A stretch of DNA of 63,334 nt, filler included, from Choristocarpus tenellus KU-1152 (taxonomy: Eukaryota > Protista > Phaeophyceae), in NCBI GenBank assembly GCA_964200185.2. It is 10 parts of 10 records of this genome, joined end to end, with 100 filler letters (N's around TTAATTAATTAA, not from the genome) between each part and the next. Parts side by side here need not be neighbours in the genome. Positions count along the whole stretch, not along the records: positions 20,764 to 28,617 come from CAXNAD020005490.1; positions 28,718 to 36,946 come from CAXNAD020004967.1; positions 37,047 to 54,562 come from CAXNAD020000664.1; 7 more parts are not named here. One strand, written 5' to 3'. Under the pieces are notes generated by a model. The model ran no database searches. It saw only the letters and a program-made list of their open reading frames with translations, and was not told the origin of the DNA. Within the stretch, counting starts at the first letter, position 1, and every line of letters starts with the position of its first letter. The translations under genes and the position numbers were made by a program. Below, one piece after another: positions 27,501 through 40,000 of this stretch.

Positions 27501-28513
27501 AGTATTGTTTCCTTGTGAACGAGCACTGTAATGAATGTTCCCAAGCCTTCAATTTAATTTCTAAAAACCTACTAAATGGTTACGTGCTGGTTCCTGGTGT
27601 GGGTTTTTGTGACATTTTTTTCTTTTTGGTTGAACAGTGTTGTGGAGGGTGTTTTCGGGTTGTTCCCAACCTATTTGCATCACTATTATAATTTAGATGA
27701 GCAAGGTAAGAAGCGTGTATAGCAGTATGTATTTTGTGTGTGTAGAACATAAATATATATGTAAATATGGTGGTGGTGTAGCTTTGAGAAGTGTGTACCT
27801 GGAGATACAGTAATTGATTGCTGACTGAGGGGCAAGCATACCTAGTTGAAGTGCAATTGGGGAGGTGTGCGTATGCTACACAGTCGAGAAAGTGCTTGTG
27901 GGGTCTGTAACACGTGTAGACTTGTTTGGGGTTAGAGCTTTTTTTCTGCCGGCCATGCAGTGTTGCAGGTCACCTGCTTTACATGTGCTGTATTGTTTCT
28001 GTCTTAGCTTTTAATATTTTCTGTACTAGTTACTACCTCTGTTCAGCATCAGTTCTGACAGTTTGCAGGGCGGTTTGATCCTGGAAGACTAGCACACATG
28101 TATTAGAACCCGCCCATGCAGGGGGGGTGGATCGGTTTTTGTGCATTAGTTCAGGAAAGATTTCACTGAGATGTGGTTGTAACCTCATATGATAGTTTGT
28201 TTCAAGACCCTCACCAAAAGTAGCGAAAATGTTACAACGACTTATGTATTTGTAGCCTGCCCCAGCAAAATGGACAGGTGCTAGACACAACGAGTGTACA
28301 TTTCCTAACATTACTGTGTTCCAGTTAGTGTTACACTGTACTATTTCAAAATAATACTCAAGTACTAAGAAGTTCTCTTATGGCGCAACTGATGCTCATA
28401 CACTAGTGCCAATACGATGGACCCATCCATTCCACCGGTGTGACAGATGCTTTGATTGCTGCCTTGCCATGAAATGTAGCGATCGATTCCTTATTCTGCG
28501 CTCAAGAGCTACC

Positions 28514-28576
<63 letters not shown>

Positions 28577-28933
28577 CCCCCCTCCCTCCCCCCGCCCCGG
28601 CGCTCGCCCCCGTCCTTNNNNNNNNNNNNNNNNNNNNNNNNNNNNNNNNNNNNNNNNNNNNTTAATTAATTAANNNNNNNNNNNNNNNNNNNNNNNNNNN
28701 NNNNNNNNNNNNNNNNNCCAAAAATCCTCACATGAAAAATTTAGCTCCAAATGGACAGCCACCACCTCCCCCCCCAGGTACTTTGACCCAAGTACTCAGT
28801 ACACAACAGGCTCTTGTAGAGGCACCGGTTCACTATGAACCCCTCAGACCAGGGGGTCTACGACCAAAAAGTAGAAGGGAGTCTAAATGATCCTTACCTC
28901 CTTCCCCCATTGCCTGTGCAACCCATGCCTAAG

Positions 28934-29253
28934 GATTGGCTGTGCTGACCCTGAGGGAGACAGTATCAATCACGACCTTCGTGGGACTGCTTTTGGGTAT
29001 AGGTGGCAGCTGGATGTACAATATTTCTATCTCAAAACCTCAGAAACCCAGACAACATAGGGATGATTCCGAAATTGGTTTCAGAAGAGTTGATAGTGGG
29101 GGTGAAGAGGTGGACATGGACAGTGACATGGACTGTGGGGGTGAGGTTGCCCAGGACTGGCGACTGGTAGAGGATAACCCATTTCTCATTGATGATGACT
29201 TGGATGTGGAGGGGGGGAAGGGTAGCACAAATGGCGAGGGGGTTACTATCTAG
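28934..29253 (+). CDS. Last exon of a DMT/SLC35-type transporter
   Basis: LAVLTLRETVSITTFVGLLLGIGGSWMYN followed by an acidic tail and stop. Confidence 0.55.
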
Positions 29254-31546
29254 GCCTGGCCCTACGCATTCGTTTACTTCCACACCCTTGTCCTGGATGT
29301 GTAGATGACTTTATATAAATTGTATCTCTGTGAGTTGGTGTATTGTCAAGCCCTGTATGTGTATTTTTATCCAGTGTAAAGCTTCATACTACAGTAGTGT
29401 TTGGCACGGAATGTAGTATGGTGATGACAGTTACGAAACAAGAGCGTTTTTCTTGGGGCCTGGTGTGATATCATCGACATCATAGGGGTGGGTGCCTTCA
29501 AGCTGAAATGCTTAAAGACACATGTTAGAAGTCAGTTAGGTTGGGTATTTGCCATTTGGCATTATCCCAGGGAAATCTTCTGTAATCATGTTGCAGTGAT
29601 TGCTATGAAAGTCCTGAAGAGAAATGGCAAGAGTGGGACCAGGTAGAAGATAATATCCAAGTACCAAGATTGTTTCGATTTGTTATTCAGGTGTGGTCAG
29701 ATGTCTTCAAGCCAGTTGATTTCAATGACCTCGAAGTGCAACTCTGGAGGTATACATTACCTCTGGTCTTTTATGTGTGAAAGTTACACTGTTGCCAGTG
29801 AGCATTGTTTGAGAAAGTTGGATCCACAAGAGCAACATAGCTGCAAAGTGAAGGTGTTGTGTTGAGGTAACTGCCAAATGCGACAGCAATATCTTTTTTC
29901 GATGTTGGTGTAACTACCATGTATCACGAGGTGTTGCTCGCATGCCAGAAACAAGGTAACAAGCACAGGTTCTACACACTTACTTGCCTATCTATGTTGT
30001 GTGCGTCAGGCGCGAAACATTTGATCCACCAGAACACTAGGCTATGGTGTGTTTCCAGTAGTGGATTCTAGGAAGGCAACGCAGTATCAATGCTAGAAGT
30101 TCATCGATGGTTTGTCCTGGTAGAAACAACAGATAGATGCAAGCAACATTGCTCTCTTCTCTCTCTCTCTCTTGCCATCTCTGACAGAGCTAGAGTGAAC
30201 ACGATCCGACACCGTAAACAAACACTTACGCACAAGGCATGCAAATTAGACCCACAAGCAGTGTTGTTGTAGTGCATTAGGGAACCGCCGTTACTGTCAA
30301 TTGAAAAAACCCCAACTCTATAAGCACTTTTTCACGTGCATTTTGGAACCATTTTGACAGGGCTGTCTGCTTTTTATTTTAGAACCGCTTGGGGATGTTT
30401 GTGGACCTCTTTTCAAACCTTTCTTGGCGTCTCTTTTGGGGGTGTTTTCTAGTAAGAATTGGAAGATTATTAGATGTTTTTTAAAAGTCGCCATACTTTC
30501 CGTGTGATTCTTGTTGTTGTTGTGGAGATGTGGAGATTTTTCCCCACCTTTTTGCGAACTTAAAAAAAAAATTGTCGGATGCTTTTTCCAGTCTTTTCCC
30601 TCACACATTCTCCGACCTTCTTGGATGGTTTTGAACACCCTTTTCTCAGTTGGTTGGCATGTAAAATAAACATTCAACTTAACGTGTGCACGTAATTGTA
30701 AAATATTCTATTTGCAAGCTCCTATTATACGGTTGCCTGCACTTTCACCGTCGGTCGGTTTCTGACTGTCTGTGAAGCTTTGTCTAACCATATATATCGG
30801 TATATGCAACGGTGAGATACGTTATGGACATAACGTAATTTCACGTAATACACATTGTATCATAACATTATGTTACGCTGGAACACTTTGTATATAAAAA
30901 CCTCAATGAAACCATGTAATACTTTATGTATGTGTATTGAACATTTTGTTGTGTTACAACATTGTGTTACAAAATATCATAATGGCGAGTGCAATTGCAT
31001 GGTTGAGGGGTACTTATGTGGGATTCACAACATCAATGATGGAAAGAGCCGATCGAATATCTGGATTTGCCAGCGCACACCAAGGTCATCGCCATACAAC
31101 AATTGAAAGAGGAACAGAAAGTAGGCAAGTATTGGTACTGTGTATCACATCTGTCGACAAGCAGTGCATTATTTCCTACTTCATTCTTCAAATATCTTGA
31201 GATGTTACGTTACACAACACAATGGATTGTCGTTACAACGGTTCGAAAGAGTACTAAGTTGTAGCTCTATTTTGTCTCGTCACACAATGTTACAATATTG
31301 CTTTCTGTATTATTGTCTAGCGTGTGTTACGTAAAATGACAACAAAATATGTTTATATTATTATGCCCTCTGACTTTTTGTAGATGTGGCAGGGGGAAAA
31401 CCGATGAAAAGCCAATTCAATATCAGAACAACCCCTTCAAAAGTAGCAGTTGCGGTAAATATGAAAGACATTTTAATATCTATTCACCATTTTACTCCCC
31501 TCCTATGCCTCCAACCTAGCTTAGCCCTACACCCCAGAGCAAGGAG

Positions 31547-31795
31547 CTAGGGAAGCATCCCAAGAATCTGACAGGCCCTCTCTGCCCATCTCCCTGGTAT
31601 CACCAGCTTAAAACGCATGACACGTCTAGATAGAGCCACTTGTGTTGTGACGGACACTATCCGTCGTAAACGGGATTTGATAGTCCCTTTCCTGCTGTAG
31701 CCTCCTGCCCCTCTCCCCCCTACTGCGTTTCTAGCCATCTCATCCAGAAAAATTTCTGCTTGCTTCCCGAGGCACCCAAAACTTTCCACCAACGA
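31547..31795 (-). mobile_element. 3' remnant of an RLE-type (CRE-like) non-LTR retrotransposon
   Basis: VESFGCLGKQAEIFLDEMA..AVGGRG...RKG.IKSRL..IVSVTTQVALSRRV.RFKL. Confidence 0.7.
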
Positions 31796-32202
31796 AAATG
31801 TTTTATTTATTGGACTGGAGTGTTAGAACAATTTACGAAATAATGGTGTTACATATGTTTTGGTCCCAAGTTTTACAGGCACAACTTAGTGGTGTATATG
31901 TTTTGGACTGGAACTTTGTGGGCAATATATAGTTGAATGTATTTTTGTTAATGCATGTTACAGGCATAACACAGTGTTGAGTGATGTGTTTTCCAAGGTG
32001 TGCAATAATGATAAGCATAACCCTTCAATGGTTGTGAACGGCAATGGCAGGGACTTTGAACTGTTGTTAGGGAAGAGGTTGGTGAAAAAACTTCGTTCTT
32101 GCCATCTACTATTTCGAGCATTTAGGCTCTTTAAAGAAACCCAACCTATATACTCCCCAGACTTAAAGAACGAAATATTCCATGCATGATTCATTTAGGT
32201 TG

Positions 32203-33160
32203 AAAGAGGACCTAACCTTACAAGAGTTGTTCCATTCTACCGTGATGTACCTATCTTCTATCCAAGAGGAACTAAATTACGAGAGTTGTTCATTTCTACT
32301 GTGATGTACCGATTTTGTAACTACCAAAGAGGAGGTACATTATTAGTTGATATTTTAATTCTATTGTGATGTGTTCATTATGTAACTGTCAAAGAGGGAC
32401 TACAATATTAGTTGATGTTTCACTTCTACTACTATGATGTATCTATTGTGAAACCGTCAGAGAGAAACTACAGTTTTTCACTTTCACTGTCATGTGTATC
32501 AATTTTGTAACCACCGAAGAGCTACATTACAAGAGTTTTTCATTTGTAGTGTGATGTGTGTGGTTTGTAACCACTAATGAGGAGCTACACTACGAAAGTT
32601 TTCCGTTACTACTATGAAGTACCTACTTTGTAACCACCTAGGAAGAGCCACGCTGTGAGAGTTTCTTATTTCTATTGAGTTGTGAGTCAAACCAAATGAG
32701 AGGTAAGCAGTGTTGCATTGTAAGATCCTGACAATGGGCGAACATCTGACCTTTTGTACAATTGTAGAAGTATCCTTTGCTGACTTGCGGTGTCACATAG
32801 TGTGTGTGGAATCGGGGAATATCCCTTTTGGATATACTATTGAGCGCACAATGTTTTTTAAGCAGCGTGCATTGCACAGGGTAAAACGATCACTTAGGGT
32901 GTAAAAGGACCCAAAACCTGTGCCAACCAACCTCTTGATTGGTTTTGGCTCTATACCTATTTTGTAAACGGCAGAGAGGACTTGCACTAGGAGTCGCTTC
33001 TCCATTTCAAGTGCGACGTATCTATTTTTGTAACCGCCACAGAAGACCTACATTCAGATATTTTTCATTTCTTCTCTACTGTGATACTGAGAATTTCTCT
33101 TTCGCCAAGGAAGATAACATCACGATAGTTTTGCACTTTCAGTGTGGTTTACCTATTTTC
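32203..33160. repeat. Degenerate ~60-bp tandem array (~8 units before and ~3 after the family-C MITE)
   Basis: Approximate unit GAGGAGCTACATTACGAGAGTTGTTCATTTCTACTGTGATGTACCTATTTTGTAACCACC. Confidence 0.8.
32684..32951 (+). mobile_element. MITE family C (268 bp) inserted in a 60-bp tandem array
   Basis: GAGTCAAACCAAATGAGAGGT ... ACCTCTTGATTGGTTTTGGCTC; flanks TGT/TAT; shares internal TTTTGTACAATTGTAGAA with 58388-58648. Confidence 0.75.
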
Positions 33161-33399
33161 CAGGGTATTTTTGCTGGTTCGGACAGTTAGCATGTCCACC
33201 TTCGATCGTTTGCGTCCTGTGGCCCCGCCAAATTAAAAACAGCTGTTCGCCGCGGACTCGGCCATGTTCGAACTTGATAGTACGGGCCTAGCTGGGGGGG
33301 ACCCTGGCTATGTTGAAGTAGTCACGGCCATAACTTGGCCATGTACTAACTTGCTCGTAGCCGGCCAACTGACGGCTCCAGTCTTGTTGAAGTAATGAC

Positions 33400-33950
33400 A
33401 ACATTTCATCTCTTGGATAGCGCTACAAGCAGACTGACAAGCTTGTTTACCTTGGGAGGCTCCATCAGTGATGAAGCTGAGGTATCACTACCGAGGTTAG
33501 TCGAAGAATAAGAAAAACTTGGAGTTGTCTCTCCAAGTATATAGCTGAGTGCTTGACGACAGAACCTGTATCACTTGAGTTCAAGGTCTACATACATGCT
33601 GAAATGACTGAATCAATTGAGGTTATGCTATATGGTTGAATGGCACGGAAATTCCGTCTGTTCACTCTATTTGTAAGGCTTTGCTTCCATCACCACCAAT
33701 TTCTCCTACATTGCATTAGATTTCACAAACAGTTGGTCACCACCAGCTATCCCACAGAGATGCCTCTTTTGAAGACAGGTTGTTCTATCGAGGCAACAGT
33801 GAAAAAACGGAGACTCTATTCCGCAGGGTCAGTTGCACGCATGGAGGATGGGTGGCTTCCGATGGAGGTCAATGACTGTAATGCTTCCAAAATGGAAAAC
33901 GGAATCAACCTGACAGGAGGAGAAGTGGTGAATATGCCTCTACCATGAAC
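33400..33950 (+). mobile_element. LINE (RTE-like) ORF2 C-terminal remnant
   Basis: DKLVYLG/GSISDEAEVS..EVSRRIRKTW, IEVMLYG, HHQFLLHCI, KTGCSIEATVKKRRLYSAGSVARMEDGWLP, with frameshifts. Confidence 0.75.
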
Positions 33951-34061
33951 TTGAGGATTTGGGTTCATAGTTTAGCTCACGGCAAACAAACCAATACAAA
34001 CAAGTGGTGTAAGTGTTTGTTTGTCGCTGTATGGGCTGATAGGAGTGTGACACTTTAAGGA

Positions 34062-34221
34062 GACTGTGATACGTGAATTAAGAGACAAATGGAAGGAATC
34101 TTGAACATTTAACTAGTGAGTAGTTGCAAGTACGTGCGTATGACTGTGATACGTGAATTAAGAGACAAATGGAAGGAATCTCGAACATTTAACTAGTGAG
34201 TTACATGTACGTGCGTATGAC
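34062..34221. repeat. 80-bp direct tandem duplication
   Basis: GACTGTGATACGTGAATTAAGAGACAAATGGAAGGAATC... at 34062 and 34142. Confidence 0.9.
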
Positions 34222-35197
34222 CTTCCGATTTAGTACAATGGTAGTGACGTCAGGGGTAACAGGATGAAAAAGATCGTGGGAAGCGCAACCACATCCTTGT
34301 ACACATTCCGATGCTTTCCAATGCGACGGGGTTCTAAAGACTCGCTGGTTGGAAGCGGGATGGCAGGGATGAGCCGGGTACTACCGGTCAGTGGGGCTCC
34401 ACTGAAGCCAGAACCCCCAACTGTTGATCTGATGAAGGTAAGAGTAAGACCGTATAAGGCAGTGTACAAAGACACAAGTCCAACTTTTACCTGGTGCTGA
34501 AATTGGTCGTTTGTTGATGTTCCCAACAGACCAACTACGCATTAGACGAGTATAAATGTGATGATTATGGCGGTCCTGGCATGGGAATTTAAAGTATGCT
34601 CACACCCATGACTTCCGTATCAGTCCGCAACAACGATTGGTGACATTTCCTACTTGCATGACGGCGAACGTAGTGCTCTGCTCGGTGCTGTGCCTTGGAC
34701 TTACCAACAAGCTACCTTCTCTCTTGGCATCAGTCACCTCATCGACCCTTACGTTATTCGGTGGTCTCGAGAACACTCTGACCATGCCGATTTACTGAAT
34801 AGTACATGCCTACGGCCGTTCCTAGTGATATTTTGAGAGTAGATTCTGGTGGGAAATTTGAACCCTAGGGTCTATAGCGAGGTCTGCAATATGTACTGAC
34901 GTTCGGATTCCACTAAGTGTCTTTGGTTAAAGAACAAATTACCTTCGCGGTAAAGCTGGTGGCGATGAAGGTGAATCGTCACATTCCCGATGGGATTGTG
35001 GTCAAATCGTTTTTGGGTCATACATTCATCATGCGGGTGGACCAGAAGAACTCCGATGTACTTGCAGTTGTGAAATTTAAATGAATTAGAGCTCAATGGT
35101 GAAGCAGCTTTTGAAGTAAGAACTTACGAGCAAATGCATACTCCCTTCCCACTCCCACACTCACTCCTGCCACATCTGCATCTCCTCCGCATTGCAG

Positions 35198-35359
35198 ACC
35201 GGGGCACTTGCAACCCTCGTCCTACAGAACTCTGCCCTGGCCCTCGTCATGCGCTACACAAGGACAGCCCGCAAAGAGGCCACCATGTATATACCCACCA
35301 CGGCGGTGGTAATGGCCGAGATGATCAAGGTCGCTGTGGCACTAGGAATGCAACTGAAG
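35198..35359 (+). CDS. Exon of a UDP-galactose/CMP-sialic acid type nucleotide-sugar transporter (SLC35A-like)
   Basis: LVLQNSALALVMRYTR...YIPTTAVVMAEMIKV; AG/GT-bounded, 162 nt. Confidence 0.8.
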
Positions 35360-37046
35360 GTGGTCGAAGCTGGTCCAACTTGTGGTGACCTTCCTTATCT
35401 TCGTTTCTAACCCATGCGGTGCACATGCAACTGTTGTATCTCCCAACATCCCCGGTTCTACACGTTTTCAAAGGTTTAAGCGCTCGTACCACCATGTTTG
35501 CAAAGGCAAAAGCCAAAACTACTATACAACACCTTTCACACTTGCGTTATGGCATGTCCAAGTCCTTGACGTCTCAAGCACTTTCATTACAATTTACAAT
35601 TTACTTTTACATACGGTGTTTTTGAAGAGAACAAAGAAAGACCACTCCTTAGTTGCTGGACAGATAAGACACATGTACATTCAGTGCAGTGTGTAGTTGA
35701 TGGTCCTAGTGCCCCCCCCCCTCCCCCACACACACACCCTGTCTTTCCCAATTGCATGTGAAAGGCTGACGGGTCAGTGGATAGACTGCAGCAACACGTC
35801 AAGGAAAAGACTCTTGGTCAGCCTGTGGAGTACCTAAAAATGGCAGGGCTTGCCCTCTTGTACACTCTTCAGGTAGGCTACTATGCTTCCAAGTGGTCAG
35901 AGTTATGATGGGTATCATACATAAGGTATACCCTATACTGCACAAGCAATATGCAGTGCTGCACTTTCTCTCGTGGCTCATCTCTCCTCTACCCCCCCCT
36001 TTTTTTGCTACAATAGTGTGGATCACAGGTTCCTTTTTTTGCTACAATAGCAATATTATTGTATGAGTATTGTTGTATGAATATTGTTGTGTACATGTTG
36101 GAGTATGAACAAATCAGGTTGCAATGCTAACTGTCACATTTGGGTGAAATCCCATGGGGGTACAGTTTACAGTTTAAGTCTGATTGATACCAGGCGCCGC
36201 TCTCATTGTGTTCGCTAGGGTTAGGGTTGTTTGACCGAAAGAGTTGCTTAAAAAAAAAATTGGAGTGTAAGTTACTGTTGCTTGGGTCGGCACATGGTGT
36301 GCGTATGTTATTGTCTGCCTTCACCTGTGGAATGAGTTGTAAGGGGATCAACCGGCTGCCGAGGCTGCTACTAGCCCCTCGATCTCCAGACAAATTGGTG
36401 CACACATAGGCGCACATACCTGGCAATAGCTAGGAGAACATCAGGTTATAGACGTACGTACTGGGGAAGGCGTACTTGAGGGGTGTCGTTGTATTCAATC
36501 TAAAATGCTTGTGGAGGGTGCACTGTTTGCTATATAGTGTATCATGTACTACTGTGTTCAAATTTAGTTTGATTGTTGTGGATACCCCCTCCCCACCCAA
36601 CCCTAACCCTAATGCGATATGCGTATACAACATAAAACACAACTGTGTATGGCCCATGTAGCCAGTGCGGCATCCGTCGCTGTTGCGGTGCCGATTACTG
36701 AGCCACGGAATGTAGGAGAGTCCTGAATCTTAGATTCTTTTTTGAGAGCTCGAGTTAATCCTTCATTCGATGCTTTTGGGAAGAGGTGGCTTCCTCCTCT
36801 TCCTTGACCAGTTCACCTACAGGGGCCGAGATGGCGCAATCGTCATTATCATATTATTTTGAGTATTATTATCATATTATCATATTATTTTGAGTCTTCC
36901 TTTTCCTCGCATGTGGTGACATTAAATGTGCATGTCATGTGGGGGGNNNNNNNNNNNNNNNNNNNNNNNNNNNNNNNNNNNNNNNNNNNNTTAATTAATT
37001 AANNNNNNNNNNNNNNNNNNNNNNNNNNNNNNNNNNNNNNNNNNNN

Positions 37047-40000
37047 GGCAAGGGTTGGGACCTAATATGGGACCAGGCCCGATGATGTTTCCCCCTCAAC
37101 GACCTGGTGGAGGCGGCAAGGGCGGTGGTCAAGCACAAACATACAACATCCTCCCAATGATAAGCTTCAAGGTAACCCCCTCCTGTTTTTGGATCATGTA
37201 CTGTGGATGTAGTTAGTGTATGTTGGATGAAGAGTAGAAGTGTTGACTACAAATTAAGGTTTTAGAGTAGTACAAGGTACAATCCCCAAGCAGATGCTTT
37301 TGCCATATTTAGTTGCTTGACCTTTTGGCCCCCCACCCCTATGTACTACTTTTCACAGACTTTCATGGCTGACCAGCGCGATGATGGGACACCTGAAGAG
37401 TTCAAGCAGCGATACGAGAACTACAAGGCCGACTACATACAGCGCCTTTCACAAAGCTTCTACAGTGTTCATTCCACTGAGGTGCTTTTTGTGTTGGTGT
37501 CTCTTTGATTGCATTGACTACATTGACTACAATCAACAAAAGGGAAGTGGAAAAGTACTTGATTCATTAATACTTGTGTTTCTGTGCCTCTCCAGTATCA
37601 AGAACCCCTGTTTATGATCCAATCCATGCGGGTTGATGCCCCTCTCTATATTTTGGACATGAGAATTACCCTTGTCATCCTCCATTTGCAGGAGTGGTTT
37701 CAAGAGCGTTATCATCCAGTTATAGCTCACAACAAAAGGGAGGAGAAGCAAGAATGGGCTCTCAAGGAGGTGGTCACATTTGGAGACCAGCTAAAATCCA
37801 ACCCAGCGGGGTTTATTGCCAGTGCCAGCCTTGAGCCAGCTCCAGAGGTATGCAATGTCTGTATTGGTCTATTGGTCCACTGCAAATAACGCTGTTTTGA
37901 TGAAAACTAGCCTGAACCCTCACCCTAACCCTAACCCTTATAATTGGTAGGTGCAAGCATGTGACTACCCTAACCCTAACCCTTATGTCGAAATTCAATG
38001 ACTATTTGCTATATGGGGGTGGTGCAGTGGGTGTTAGATACTTGGTATACGGGTGATTAGTTGATCTATTGGTTGATTGGCTGGGAGATGCAATGCTGTA
38101 CAAAGGATGAAGCCTGTCATTGGTCAACTGCTTTACATTGATCTTGCACATTCTTAATGTTATTTCAATAACATCTTTCAGTAACATGTTAAAAGAAATG
38201 TCCTTAATGCACACTTCACAAGTGATTTAGACTACCTTTTTTACTCTGTTCAGCAGTTGTGCAAATACCATACAATTATACTTCTTGTTTGCTGCCTTAT
38301 TTATAGAGTAAGATATTGTATATACTTTCTTTGGAGATGGACCTTTTAAGAGATGATGCAAGAAGCATATTGTGTCACTTGTGTGATTTCATGTTAGTTT
38401 CAAATTATTTCAAAATCTTAGACTTCCCTGTCTTGCACAACTTTAGTTTACATCACACATGATCCCATGGTCAAACATGACTGTACACAATTCACTTTTG
38501 TTGTTAGGGCAATTGTTTGTGAGGGCAGATGTCTAGTAATACTTGCACATATTATTAGTAGTAGTAGTAGTAGTATTGTTTGTGTTCTTACATGAGGGGT
38601 TGAAGGTCAAGGATCATAGTAGGATCATACTGTAGTAGGGTATACATCATGATACCCCTTCGCCACAATTTAGTTGGTGAATATATATGGGGATGTATGT
38701 TTTTTATTCTGTATTGAGGTGATTGTGTATTGCAAGCTTTTCAATAATCTTTACTGTATCAATTTTGGTGCCATTACTGATTGTGTATTATATCCAAGGT
38801 ATAACATCTGCCAAAAAAAATTCAAAGAGCCATCGGCACTCTTACTAGACAGACAGATCCAATTACCCCTCAAGTACCCCATGTCAATTGATGTATTTCC
38901 TATTAATCCCCTATTTATCTCTCACCTCTCTTTATTGCTGGCTATCTGTTACTGTCTGGCTGGGTGGACATTAAATTCTGATATTAATTTCTGATAGTTT
39001 TTTGTATATTGTAAGGGAAGTGCAGTGTAAGAATATAAGCAAGTATTGAAACAGTCTGGGTAGGTTATAAAATGATGCTCTAATAACTCTACTTGTACTC
39101 ATTGAAATAATTATTCTGTTTTTACCAAGAATAAAAACAAGATGATGTAAATTGTGTTAGATGATTAATCCTCTCACATAATTTGGTTGTTGGGAGAAGG
39201 ATATTTGTATGAATATTTCATTATGAAATACACATGATACTCTGTATGGTCCACTCTACAACCAACAAAAAGTGGTGATATGGAAAGCACTGCTTAGGGA
39301 GAGAACCAGCTTGTTACAAATGTTAAAATTTAATTTCAAGATATATTGTTGGTAGTACTCATAATATATCAATAGTGTGTGGTGAGTAAATTGCAACATT
39401 CAAATGCCATTTCACTGGCAGACTAAATACCTGGTTGGAGATTGGCTTAATGTGATGGATGGATAGATAGATAGATACATAGATAGATATTGATAAAGTG
39501 TACAGTATGTGAATTTGGAGTGATTTGTGCATTACTCCAAACCTTTGTCCAGTATATATTTTTTGGAAGAGTACAAATTTTGTAAGTTAAGTGCATATCA
39601 TAGGAAATATTTAAGCATGTACCCCTGGAATAAAGGACAGTTTGTCACCATTCACAATTCAGAGTGCACCACTGCATACCTGCTATCTCACAGTTTATTT
39701 GATAGGATGGCATGCGCTGGGCATTGAGAGATGGATTACGGTTGATCCCCAATTTTAAAGTACCTGGAATATCTGCAAGTAGATGGAAATGTTACTATTT
39801 AATTAACAACACACAATTGGAACAGTGGAGGTTTGAAGTGAAGTGCTTTATACTGTTTGAAGTGAATTGTTTGTTTTATGTGTTTTTTATGTGAAAAATA
39901 AGAAAAATGTTTGATGTTTGTGAACAATTTCCACACACAATTATTCTCTTATTATTTTTTTTATTATTATTTGACTATCTACATATATAGTGTGGATGTA

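Noticed and set aside
28515-28617. Poly-proline ORF
   Set aside because: Poly-C tract at a contig end, probably inflated by sequencing or assembly
32203-33160. Repeat array resembling CRISPR
   Set aside because: Units are contiguous and degenerate, with no unique spacers and no cas genes, in a eukaryotic context
34264-35093. Coding-looking stretches upstream of the SLC35A exon
   Set aside because: I could not build a consistent spliced frame or recognise a motif
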